Assembly: GCA_002269645.1 (NCBI GenBank)
Contig: NIVC01001853.1
Span: 124,001 to 188,000 of the forward strand
DNA: 64,000 nt
Source: Macrostomum lignano
Taxonomy: Eukaryota
Reading direction: 5' to 3'
The position numbers and the translations under genes were made by a program. Below, in pieces: positions 12,965 through 29,566 of this stretch. The notes under the pieces are model-generated. The model was not told the DNA's origin. It worked only from the letters and a program-made list of their open reading frames with translations, and ran no database searches. Position 1 is the first letter of the stretch. Every line of letters starts with the position of its first letter.

Positions 12965-13780
12965 GCCCTCCTCTCTCTCTCTCTCTCCCTCTCTCTTTCT
13001 CTCTCTTTCTGTCTCTCTCCATCTCACTCTCTCCCTCTCAGCATCTCTTTATCCATCTCACTCTCCCTGTCAGCCTCTCCCTCCATCTCTCTCCCTGTCA
13101 GCCTCTTCCTCTATCTCACTCTCTCCCTGTCAGCCTCTCCCTCCATCTCACTCTCTCCCTGTCAGCCTCTCCCTCCATCTCTCTCCCTGTCAGCCTCTCC
13201 CTCCATCTCACTCTCTCCCTGTCAGCCTCTCCCTCCATCTCTCTCCCTGTCAGCCTCTTCCTCTATCTCACTCTCTCCCTGTCAGCCTCTCCCTCCATCT
13301 CTCTCCCTGTCAGCCTCTTCCTCCATCTCACTCTCTCCCTGTCAGCCTCTCCCTCCATCTCTCTCCCTGTCAGCCTCTTCCTCTATCTCACTCTCTCCCT
13401 GTCAGCCTCTCCCTCCATCTCTCTCCCTGTCAGCCTCTTCCTCTATCTCACTCCTCCTTCTCACCATCTCCCTTCATCTCACTTTCTCCCTCTCAGCATA
13501 TCTTCCTTCATCTCCCTCTTTCCCTGTCAGTCTGTCCCTTCATCTCACTCCCTACCTCTCAGACTCTCTCTCTCTCTCTCTCTCTCTCCTTCTCAGACTC
13601 TTCTTCATCTTAATCCCCCTCAGCCTCTCTCTCCATCTCACTCTCTCCCTCTAAGCCTCTCTCGCCGTCTCACTCTCTTCCTTTCAGCCTCTCCACCCTC
13701 AGCCTCTCTCTCTCTCTCTCTCTCTCTCCATCTCACTCTCTCCTTTCAGCCTCTCCATCTCTCTCTTTCATCCAACTCTC
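12965..13780. repeat. CT-rich ~30-bp minisatellite, right part
   Basis: Continuation of the 11110-12185 family. Confidence 0.9.
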
Positions 13781-14734
13781 TTTCTTTATAATCTTTCATA
13801 TCTACCAATTGTTTTATATCCCATCCATCACTTCTTTACCTTTCTACCCACTACATCTCTACTTCTCTCTATCTCTCCACCTACCCTTCTACTTGCTCGC
13901 ATCTGTCCATCTGCCCTGCAACTCTCTCATAAACTCTTCCCAAACTGCTATAATAATATCGCTTTGTGCATTTTAAGCAGAAATAATCAGGATGAAGCAG
14001 TATCAGAATCAAAGTGCCCCATCTTATCTATAAAATTATATCTCCAAAGTCGGCAGCCTCAAGCGAAATTCGCGGGCAAAAGTCTCTAATTAACAGAGAA
14101 TTCACCGACTCTACTGTATATTAATATTCAAAATATAAGGCCTAAGACTGGGGCATAAAAATATCTATCCTCATCTCCCTTCTCCCTATTCAGAGCGCCA
14201 GCTCCTTTGATTTGCATCGATGCCAGTTTTCCAGCAATTCACTAGGAATTTTTCCTCAAAACTCCTCTCTCATCCGCCACGCTGCCTTTGCTCAACTTTC
14301 TTCCCCCTTGCCCGAAGGTAGATGAATATTCCCAGAAAAATGCAATATCCCGGTCTGGGACTCATGAGGATCTGGGATGAGAGAGTTACACAGCGTATAA
14401 TATAACTCTCCGTCTGGGTTTTCTTAATTAAATTGGATGATTTCGTTTTAGTTAAATTTCGATAATTATAACACTGATTACCGGTTCGTCTATTGACAGT
14501 AGAAATACAAGAAAATCGGACGGAAAATACGCTAGTAAAGAATGCAAAGATGACAAGAAATTTAGCCATGCACGAATGTATGTCAAATTCATTCTATCTT
14601 CATCCCATCCCATCGCACCCGATCCGATCCCATCCCATCCCATCTCATCCCATTTCATCCCATCTCATCTTATCCCATCTTATCCCATCCCATCTTATCC
14701 CATCCCATCCAATCCAATCTAATCCCATCCTCAC

Positions 14735-19153
<4,419 letters not shown>

Positions 19154-19204
19154 CTGTTGGGGGGGGGAGCGGAAAGACAAATGACAGATTTTGAGCAATT
19201 GGGT

Positions 19205-21215
19205 TGAGAATAGAGAGTGACTAGAGAGAATAGAGAGTGACTAGAGAGGATAAAGAGTGACTAGAGAGGATAGAGAGTGACTAGAGAGAAAAGAGAGTGA
19301 CTAGAGAGGATAGAGAGTGACTAGAGAGAATAGAGAGTGATCAGAGAGAATTGAGAGTGACCAGAAATAATGGAGAGTGACTAGAGAGGAGAGAGAGTGA
19401 CTAGAGAGAATAGAGAGTGACCAGAGAGAATAGAGAGTGACCAGAGAGAATAGAGAGTGACCAGAGAGAATAGAGAGTGACTAGAGAGAATAGAGAGTGA
19501 CTAGAGAGAATAGAGAGTGACCAGAGAGGATAGAGAGTGACCAGAGAGAATAGAGAGTGACCAGAAAGAATTGAGAGTGACCAGAGAGAATAGAGAGTGA
19601 CTAGAGAGAATAGAGAGAGACTAGAGAGAATAGAGAGTGACCAGAGAGAATAGAGAGTGACTAGAGAGAATAGAGAGTGACCAGAGAGAATAGAGAGTGA
19701 CCAGAGAGAATAGAGAGTGACCAGAGAGAATAGAGAGTGACCAGAAAGAATAGAGAGTGACCAGAGAGAATAGAGAGTGACCAGAAAGAATGGAGAGTGA
19801 CCCGAAAGAATAGAGAGTGACCAGAGAGAATAGAGAGTGACCAGAGAGAATTGAGAGTGACCAGAAAGAATAGAGAGTGACCAGAGAGAATAGAGAGTGA
19901 CCAGAGAGAATAGAGAGTGACCAGAAAGAATAGAGAGTGACCAGAAAGAATTGAGAGTGACCAGAGAGAATAGAGAGTGACCAGAGAGAATAGAGAGTGA
20001 CCAGAGAGAATAGAGAGTGACCAGAGAGAATAGAGAGTGACCAGAAAGAATGGAGAGTGACCCGAAAGAATAGAGAGTGACCAGAGAGAATAGAGAGTGA
20101 CCAGAGAGAATTGAGAGTGACCAGAAAGAATAGAGAGTGACCAGAGAGAATAGAGAGTGACCAGAGAGAATTGAGAGTGACCAGAAAGAATGGAGAGTGA
20201 CCAGAGAGAATTGAGAGTGACCAGAAAGAATGGAGAGTGACCAGAAAGAATAGAGAGTGACCAGAAAGAATAGCGAGTGACCAGAGAGAATGGAGAGTGA
20301 CCAGAAAGAATAGCGAGTGACCAGAGAGAATAGAGAGTGACCAGAAAGAATTGAGAGTGACCAGAAAGAATTGAGAGTGACCAGAGAGAATAGAGAGTGA
20401 CCAGAGAGAATAGAGAGTGACCAGAAAGAATAGAGAGTGACCAGAGAGAATAGAGAGTGACCAGAAAGAATGGAGAGTGACCCGAAAGAATAGAGAGTGA
20501 CCAGAGAGAATAGAGAGTGACCAGAGAGAATTGAGAGTGACCAGAAAGAATAGAGAGTGACCAGAGAGAATAGAGAGTGACCAGAGAGAATAGAGAGTGA
20601 CCAGAAAGAATAGAGAGTGACCAGAAAGAATTGAGAGTGACCAGAGAGAATAGAGAGTGACCAGAGAGAATAGAGAGTGACCAGAGAGAATAGAGAGTGA
20701 CCAGAGAGAATAGAGAGTGACCAGAAAGAATGGAGAGTGACCCGAAAGAATAGAGAGTGACCAGAGAGAATAGAGAGTGACCAGAGAGAATTGAGAGTGA
20801 CCAGAAAGAATAGAGAGTGACCAGAGAGAATAGAGAGTGACCAGAGAGAATTGAGAGCGACCAGAAAGAATGGAGAGTGACCAGAGAGAATTGAGAGTGA
20901 CCAGAGAGAATTGAGAGTGACCAGAGAGAATTGAGAGTGACCAGAGAGAATGGAGAGTGACCAGAAAGAATGGAGAGTGACCAGAAAGAATAGAGAGTGA
21001 CCAGAGAGAATTGAGAGTGACCAGAAAGAATAGAGAGTGACCAGAAAGAATAGAGAGTGACCAGAGAGAATAGAGAGTGACCAGAGAGAATTGAGAGTGA
21101 CCAGAAAGAATGGAGAGTGACCAGAAAGAATAGAGAGTGACCAGAGAGAATTGAGAGTGACCAGAGAGAATTGAGAGTGACCAGTAAGAATGGGAGTGAC
21201 CAGAAAGAATAGAAC
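19205..21215. repeat. 20-bp minisatellite (CCAGAGAGAATAGAGAGTGA), ~100 units
   Basis: Exact 20-bp register visible across lines. Confidence 0.95.
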
Positions 21216-21864
21216 GAGAGACTTGAGAGGCTGGAGAGTTACAAGACAATTTACGGTAGTGTGTGAAACAGGGGGTCGCTGAGTGACAAAAGATGATTCC
21301 GAGTGAATAAAGAGAATACAGAGTGATGAAATAAGATGCAGAGTAACAGGAAAAGATTCTTGTCAGAATGTACTCGTAGATCAATTAAAGAGTCTGCAGA
21401 ATGAAAAGAGGAACCCAGAGCGAAAGCACAAACCGCACACACTCACACACATTATTAAGTGCATGCTATAGGATGCATAGATGCAGTTGCTCTGTGTGCC
21501 AAAAATACTGGGAGCAGATGATCATGGACTGGAGCACGAGTCTGCATCGATCTGATTTTGGGAGAAATTCCCAGATGTTTACTTAATAGCCACTAACTAT
21601 GCCAGCAGTCTTGGCTGTTCATTACGAAAAAAATGAGAAATTTTCGTTATGCCAAGCGTTCAACAAGCATTCGGCTCTTCATCAGTCTTCTGTCGGACAG
21701 CTAGGAGGAAAAGCAGAGAAGAACACTGAAGATGGCTACTAGAAAATCCTGTTTTTTTTCTGGAAGGCCTCTAAAAGCGAGGAATTTTTAATTGGGCTTT
21801 CAGTGATGCCTGAGATTGAAAACTGCTTTCTGGCAAAATTAGAATTGGGTTTGTGGTTAAGGAA

Positions 21865-22825
21865 ATTTAAGGAAGGCCCAGCAACTGAGGATCTGGAGGC
21901 TGGCCCAGCAACTGAGGATCTGGGAGGCTGGCCCAGCAACTGGGGATCTGGGAGGCTGGCCCAGCAACTGAGGATCTGGGAGGCTGGCCCAGCAACTGAG
22001 GACCTGGGAGGCTGGCCCAGCAACTGAGGATCTGGAGGCTGGCCCAACAACTGAGGATCTGGAGGCTGGCCCAGCAACTGAGGATCTGGAGGCTAGCCCA
22101 GCAACTGAGGATCTGGGAGGCTGGCCCAGCAACTGAGGATCTGGGAGGCTGGTGGCTGAGCAACTGAGGATCTGGGAGGCTGACCCAGCAACTGAGGATC
22201 TGGGAGGCTGACCCAGCAACTGAGGATCTGGGAGCCTGGTGGCTGAGCAACTGAGGATCTGGAGGCTGGCCCAGCAATTGACGATCTGGAGGCTGACCCA
22301 GCAACTGAGGATCTGGGAGGCTGGCCCAGCAACTGAGGATCTGGGAGGCTGGCCCAGCAACTGAGGATCTGGGAGGCTGACCCAGAAACTGGGGATCTGG
22401 GAGGCTGGCCCAGAAACTGAGGATCTGGGAGGCTGGCCCAGAAACTGAGGATCTGGGAGGCTGGCCCAGCAACTAATGATCTGGGAGGCTGGCCCAGCAA
22501 CTGATGATCTGGGAGGCTGGCCCAGCAACTGAGGATCTGGGAGGCTGGCCCAGCAACTGATGATCTGGGAGGCTGGCCCAGCAACTGATGATCTGGGAGG
22601 CTGGCACAGCAACTGAGGATCTGGGAGGCTGGCCCAGCAACTGAGGATCTGGGAGGCTGGCCCAGCAACTAATGATCTGGGAGGCTGGCCCAGCAACTAA
22701 TGATCTGGGAGGCTGGCCCAGCAACTGGGGATCTGGGAGGCTGGCCCAGCAACTAATGATCTGAGAGGCTGGCCCAGCAACTAATGATCTGGGAGGCTGG
22801 CCCAGCAACTAATGATCTGGGAGAC
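21865..22825. repeat. 27-28 bp minisatellite (GGAGGCTGGCCCAGCAACTGAGGATCTG)
   Basis: Direct tandem units. Confidence 0.95.
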
Positions 22826-23344
22826 TGGCTTATCGACTCACTCTGTATTCTGTCTAGGCACCCTCTATCGTCCCACTTTCCCCTTCTTTGTCTCCACTTT
22901 CCCTCTTTGTTTAAGAGCTCTCTCTCTCTTTATTCGTATTTAAAATTCTCCAAATTGCAGTTTACTTTTCTCCCAAAAAGCAATCATTTCCAAGTTCCTG
23001 AGATGCCTAGTGAGCAGTTTATTTTATAACTCTCTCCCCCAACTCCAGCAGAGGTTTCATTGAGTCCATCTACGAGCTTTATTGAGCACTTCTGGTTTTT
23101 TAGCAGTAATCCGCAGTCACAACTCACTCAGTCCATTAGGTCTGACATTCGGTGGCCACCATTAACTGCAGTTCAATATGGCCAGTCTAAATACTAAAAA
23201 TCCTGAGGCTTCCGGGGTCCTGAAAAATCTTGAGGACATGCGTGAGTTGCTGCTGGTGCATTTGTAGTCCAAGTTTGAGATTGAAGGGCGTGCGAGTTGA
23301 ACTGGATTGAAATGCTGTGTGAGGAGGCTTGTTGTGTCACATGT

Positions 23345-23645
23345 TTACCTCTCCTCTCTTGTCTACCTCTCTACTCCTGTCTACCTCTCCTCTCTTGTCT
23401 ACCTCTCTTCTCCTGCCTACCTCTCCTCTCTTGTCGACCTATATTCTCCTGCCTACCTATATTCTCCTGTCTACCTCTCCTCTCCTGTCTACCTCTCCTC
23501 TCCTGTCTACCTCTCCTCTCCTGTCTACCTCTCCTCTCTTGTGTACCTCTCTTCTCCTGTCTACCTCTCCTCTCTTGTGTACCTCTCTTCTCCTGTCTAC
23601 CTCTCCTCTCCTGTCTACCTCTCCTCTCTTCTCTACCTCTCTTTC
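23345..23645. repeat. 18-bp minisatellite (TCTACCTCTCCTCTCCTG)
   Basis: Direct tandem units. Confidence 0.9.
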
Positions 23646-23889
23646 GTTGGTTTCCTCTTTTTTTTCAGTTTATTATTGTTTATTACATATTCACGAAATG
23701 ATAAAAGTTTAAAGTGTAGTACAATAAAATGTTCATTCCATACAACTTTTTTATTTCCGGATGAATTTTGGAATATAAAAGTTACGAGGGCTGTCCTAAA
23801 AGCAGTGCTACTTCTCATTATATCTCTCGCTCTCATGATACAAATAAAATTTTATAGCGGTCTATATAGTCGTAGTATACAGTTTTTGG

Positions 23890-25225
23890 AAAGAGGGCGA
23901 TAGGGGACAGGGGGCAAAGAGAAGGAGAGAGAGGGAGACAGAGAGAGGGAGACAGAGAGAGGGAGACAGAGAGAGGGAGACAGAGAGAGGGAGACAGAGA
24001 GAGAGAGACATTGAGAGGGAGACAGAGAGGGGGAGACAGAGAGAGGGAGACAGAGAGAGGGAGACAGAGAGAGGGAGACAGAGAGACAGGGAGACAGAGA
24101 GAGGGAGACAGAGAGAGAGGGAGACAGAGAGAGGGAGACAGAGAGACAGGGAGACAGAGAGAGGGAGACAGAGAGACAGGGAGACAGAGAGAGGGAGACA
24201 GAGAGAGGGAGACAAAGATCGGGAGACAGAGACAGACAGGGAGACAGAGAGAGGGAGACAGAGAGAGGGAGACAGAGAGAGGGAGATAGAGAGAGGGAGA
24301 CAGAGAGAGGGAGACAGAGAGACAGGGAGACAGAGAGAGGGAGACAGAGAGAGGGAGACAGAGAGAGGGAGACAGAGAGAGGGAGACAGAGAGGGGGAGA
24401 CAGAGAGACAGGGAGACAGAGAGAGGGAGACAGAGAGACAGGGAGACAGAGAGAGGGAGACAGAGAGAGGGAGACAGAGAGACAGGGAGACAGAGAGAGG
24501 GAGACAGAGAGAGGGAGACAGAGAGAGGGAGACAGAGAGGGGGAGACAGAGAGAGGGAGACAGAGAGACAGGGAGACAGAGAGAGGGAGACAGAGAGAGG
24601 GAGACAGAGAGACAGGGAGACAGAGAGACAGGGAGACAGAGAGAGGGAGACAGAGAGAGGGAGACAGAGAGACAGGGAGACAGAGAGAGGGAGACAGAGA
24701 GAGAGGGAGACAGAGAGAGGGAGACAGAGAGACAGGGAGACAGAGAGACAGGGATACAGAGAGAGGGAGACAGAGAGAGGGAGACAGAGAGAGGGAGACA
24801 GAGAGAGGGAGACAGAGAGACAGGGAGACAGAGACAGGGAGACAGAGAGACAGGGAGACAGAGAGAGGGAGACAGAGAGAGGGAGACAGAGAGAGGGAGA
24901 CAGAGAGAGGGAGACAGAGAGAGGGAGACAGAGAGACAGGGAGACAGAGAGAGGGAGACAGAGAGAGGGAGACAGAGAGGGGGAGACAGAGAGACAGGGA
25001 GACAGAGAGAGGGAGACAGAGAGAGGGAGACAGAGAGAGGGAGACAGAGAGACAGGGAGACAGAGAGAGGGAGACAGAGAGAGGGAGACAGAAAGACAGG
25101 GAGACAGAGAGAGGGAGACAGAGAGAGGGAGACAGAGAGACAGGGAGACAGAGAGAGGGAGCTAGAGAGACAGCTGGAGACAGAGAGAGGGAGTTAGAGA
25201 GACAGGGAGACAGAGAGAAAGAGAG
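23890..25225. repeat. 14-bp purine minisatellite (GAGACAGAGAGAGG)
   Basis: Direct tandem units. Confidence 0.9.
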
Positions 25226-25819
25226 GCAGCAAGACAGCAGACCTCACTGTCGCAGCCACAACAGCCGTGAGAGCCGCTCACCCCATGCTGCTCAGCCGCA
25301 GGCTGATATTTCTGCAGCCAGTTCCGAAACAGGCAGCTGATCTTGCCGGCAATCATGACTCACTGAAGGCGCGCAAAGATGGCTGGCATGCAGATGGCGG
25401 TGAAATGCACAGACGAGGCAGTTTATATATATATATGTATGTATATATTATAAAGTTATAGAAAGTTGAGTTCCTCAGCTTGGTGATTTTTTCTTTCCCC
25501 AAACTTCTCAGACTCGCACACAGCTGCCAAAAAGTATTGGCAAGTTTTTATACTCATACATGTACAATACTTGGCCATATTCATATTTATATGCATAGAA
25601 ATGGGCATAAATTAATCCCTTGCTCTGCGTGACGGCTGCTCAGAGCTTGAGGCACTGGTTGCAGACTCACCCCATTGGTGAAGCAGTTTTGTGCGGAATG
25701 GTTGAGTCCGATAGTGATGAACATTATTGGATGCTGGGACTGCGTACAGGCTGCTCAGCTGAGTGCAATGGCTTTTTAGAGCAAACTGTTATAGTTTTTT
25801 CTGTTGTTATCAAGATGGA

Positions 25820-27320
25820 GGGGGAGATGGGAGATTCAGGAAAATTGAATATGGAGGGAGAGGGGAAACGGAGAGAGAGAAGAGATGGAGGGAGACGGGA
25901 GATGGAGGGAGAGGGGAGATGGAGGGAGATGGGAGATGGAGGGAGACGGGAGATGGAGGGAGAGGGGAGATGGAGGGAGATGGGAGATGGAGTGAGAGGG
26001 GAGATGGAGGGAGACGGGAGATGGAGGGAGAGGGGAGATGGAGGGAGATGGGAGATGGAGGGAGAGGGGAGATGGAGGGAGATGGGAGATGGAGGGAGAG
26101 GGGAGATGGAGTGAGAGGGGAGATGGAGGGAGATGGGAGATGGAGGGAGAGGGGAGATGGAGTGAGAGGGGAGATGGAGGGAGAGGGGAGATGGAGGGAG
26201 ATGGGAGATGGGGGGAGAGGGGAGATGGAGGGAGACGGGAGATGGAGGGAGATGGGAGATGGAGGGAGAGGGGAGATGGAGGGAGATGGGAGATGGGGGG
26301 AGAGGGGAGATGGAGGGAGACGGGAGATGGAGGGAGATGGGAGATGGAGTGAGAGGGGAGATAGTGGGAGACGGGAGATGGAGGGAGATGGGAGATGGAG
26401 TGAGAGGGGAGATAGAGGGAGACGGGAGATGGAGGGAGAGGGGAGATGGAGGGAGAAGGGAGATGGAGGGAGAGGGGAGATAGAGGGAGACGGGAGATGG
26501 AGGGAGAGGGGAGATGGAGGGAGATGGGAGATGGAGGGAGAGGGGAGATAGAGGGAGAGGGGAGATGGAGGGAGAGGGGAGATGGAGGGAGAGGGGAGAT
26601 GGAGGGAGATGGGAAACGGAGAGAGAGAAGAGATGGAGGGAGACTGGAGATTGAGGGAGAGGGGAGATGGAGGGAGAGGGGAGATGGAGTGAGAGGGGAG
26701 ATAGAGGGAGACGGGAGATGGAGGGAGAGGGGAGATGGAGGGAGAGGGGAGATGGAGGGAGATGGGAGATGGAGGGAGAAGGGAGATGGAGGGAGAGGGG
26801 AGATGGAGGGAGAGGGGAGATGGAGGGAGATGGGAGATGGAGGGAGAGAAGAGATGGAGGTAGAGGGGAGATGAGGGAGAGGGGAGATGGAGGGAGGGGG
26901 AGATGGAGGGAGATGGGAGATGGAGGGAGGGGGAAGATGGAGGGAGAGGGGAGATGGAGGGAGAGGGGAGACGGAGAGAGAGGTGAGATGGAGGGAGAAG
27001 GGAGACGGAGAGAGAAGTGAGATGGAGGGAGAGGGGAGATGGAGGGAGGCTGGATATGGAGGGAGAGGAGAGATGGAGGGAGAGAAGAGATGGAGGGAGA
27101 GGGGAGATGGAGGGAGGCTGGATATGGAGGGAGAGAAGAGATGGAGGTAGAGGGGAGATGAGGGAGAGGGGAGATGGAGGGAGGGGGAGATGGAGGGAGA
27201 TGGGAGATGGAGGGAGGGGGAGATGGAGGGAGGGGAGATGGAGGGAGGGGGAGATGGAGGGAGGGGGATGGATGGAGGGAGGGGGAGATGGAGGGAGGGG
27301 GAGATGGAGGCAGAGGGGAA
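25820..27320. repeat. 17-bp purine minisatellite (GGAGATGGAGGGAGAGG)
   Basis: Direct tandem units. Confidence 0.9.
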
Positions 27321-28469
27321 TGGAAGGATGCTGGAGGGAGTGGATATGAAGCAGATGTAAGGCGAAGGTTGTTGCAAAATGAAGGCAGAATGCCGGTGCG
27401 GCAGAAAGTGACAGCGAGACATTGCTGAGCACAATTTGAATTCAGTTTGAAGTGTTTAAAAAGTCAATAAAAATGACCGGAAAAAGCTATAACAATAAAT
27501 CAGCTATCATATCAATGTAGACAGGATTACAGAGCTCAGAGATTCCTGAGTAACTACGGCATCTGAGCACAGACTTATCCAGTTGTATTTGAGTTAAATT
27601 TGCACCCATATTCAGCTCAAGCCAGCCAATGATACTCTCAACAAAGTTGCTTTTCGAAGGCTGAGCCTGAAATTATTTTACAATGAGCTAACTCTGTCAC
27701 ATCTCATAATAATAGACAGATAATAGATAATAATCATGAAATTTACCTCAGCATTCTCCTTACATATTACTAACAATCTGAAAAATAAGTAGACAGTAGT
27801 GAGTCAGAGCCATCCAATTGCACTGAACATTTTAGAGTCGCTGATCGTGTACTTTTTAGCTTTTGGGGCAAAGCATCTCAGCCGTTCGACACTCCGCGCG
27901 CGGCCGCATTCACTTGGGGCTTGTGTGCTCAAAGACTGTCAAAAGGGGGTTGTCGTACGACTCACAGCCGTGACGGCCAACCCCAAAGGCAAAGAGATGT
28001 GTACATGCCTGACGTTTTGAATGTCAGGTCAGCTGTACATCCTGTACGAGCGTGTGTATATAAGAATACAAACGTCTGAGACAGATTGTTTCTGAGCACA
28101 GTTATTACTATATAATCTTTACACTACTACCTTCGGCTGTGTGAAGGCGGTATTGCAGCATGAAAAACTCCAGGCAACGCCGAAACCAGGACGCTGACGG
28201 AGTCGCTCGAACCGCAGGTTAACGCGGCGCTGGCCGCTGCACTTTAGCTGCTTCAGAGCGAGTCATCCGCGCCGAGTCGCCACCCACAGCCAGACGTTCA
28301 GGAGGTGCAGCTGCTGATGCAGCAGGCTGCCATGGGGGATTCTTCGACTGCCTGGCTGACCTTTGTTGTTTTTGTCAGCGTTTCATGCAGGCATTGTTGT
28401 CTTCAGGGATCTGGCAGGGGATGATCACTTCAGGGATCTGGCAGGGGGTTCACTTTAGTGACTTCAGGT

Positions 28470-29566
28470 CAGTCAGTCACTGAATGTTCATGAGGGAGCT
28501 GTCAGGCTGTCAGTCACTGAATGTTCATGAGGGAGCTGTCAGGCTGTCAGTCACTGAATGTTCATGAGGGAGCTGTCAGGCTGTCAGTCACTGAATGTTC
28601 ATGAGGGAGCTGTCAGACTGTCAGCCACTGAATGTTCATGAGGGAGCTGTCAGGCTGTCAGTCACTGAATGTTCATGAGGGAGCCGTCAGGCTGTCAGTC
28701 ACTGAATGTTCATGAGGGAGCTGTCAGTCACTGAATGTTCATGAGGGAGCTGTCAGGCTGTCAGTCACTGAATGTTCATGAGGGAGCTGTCAGGCTGTCA
28801 GTCACTGAATGTTCATGAGGGAGCTGTCAGTCACTGAATGTTCATGAGGGAGCTGTCAGGCTGTCAGTCACTGAATGTTCATGAGGGAGCTGTCAGGCTG
28901 TCAGTCACTGAATGTTCATGAGGGAGCTGTCAGTCACTGAATGTTCATGAGGGAGCTGTCAGTCACTGAATGTTCATGAGGGAGCTGTCAGTCACTGAAT
29001 GCTCATGAGGGAGCTGTCAGGCTGTCAGTCACTGAATGTTCATGAGGGAGCTGTCAGGCTGTCAGTCACTGAATGTTCATGAGGGAGCTGTCAGTCACTG
29101 AATGTTCATGAGGGAGCTGTCAGGCTGTCAGTCACTGAATGTTCATGAGGGAGCTGTCAGGCTGTCAGTCACTGAATGTTCATGAGGGAGCTGTCAGGCT
29201 GTCAGTCACTGAATGTTCATGAGGGAGCTGTCAGGCTGTCAGTCACTGAATGTTCATGAGGGAGCTGTCAGGCTGTCAGTCACTGAATGTTCATGAGGGA
29301 GCTGTCAGTCACTGAATGTTCATGAGGGAGCCGTCAGTCACTGAATGTTCATGAGGGAGCTGTCAGTCACTGAATGTTCATGAGGGAGCCGTCAGGCTGT
29401 CAGTCACTGAATGTTCATGAGGGAGCTGTCAGTCACTGAATGTTCATGAGGGAGCTGTCAGGCTGTCAGTCACTGAATGTTCATGAGGGAGCTGTCAGGC
29501 TGTCAGTCACTGAATGTTCATGAGGGAGCTGTCAGACTGTCAGTCACTGAATGTTCATGAGGGAGC
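28470..29566. repeat. 37/29-bp minisatellite (TCAGTCACTGAATGTTCATGAGGGAGCTGTCAGGCTG)
   Basis: Direct tandem units; a single related copy lies at ~58013-58047. Confidence 0.95.

Noticed and set aside
14063-14090. Helitron 3' end (GCGAA-A-TTCGC hairpin)
   Set aside because: Only a 5-bp stem, no CTRR terminus and no supporting 5' end.
19621-21384. 587-aa ORF and similar long ORFs (90-762, 1423-2388, 16293-17100, 21857-22808, 25763-27434, 43130-43908, 56024-56649)
   Set aside because: They are translations of stop-free tandem repeats with low-complexity periodic sequence.
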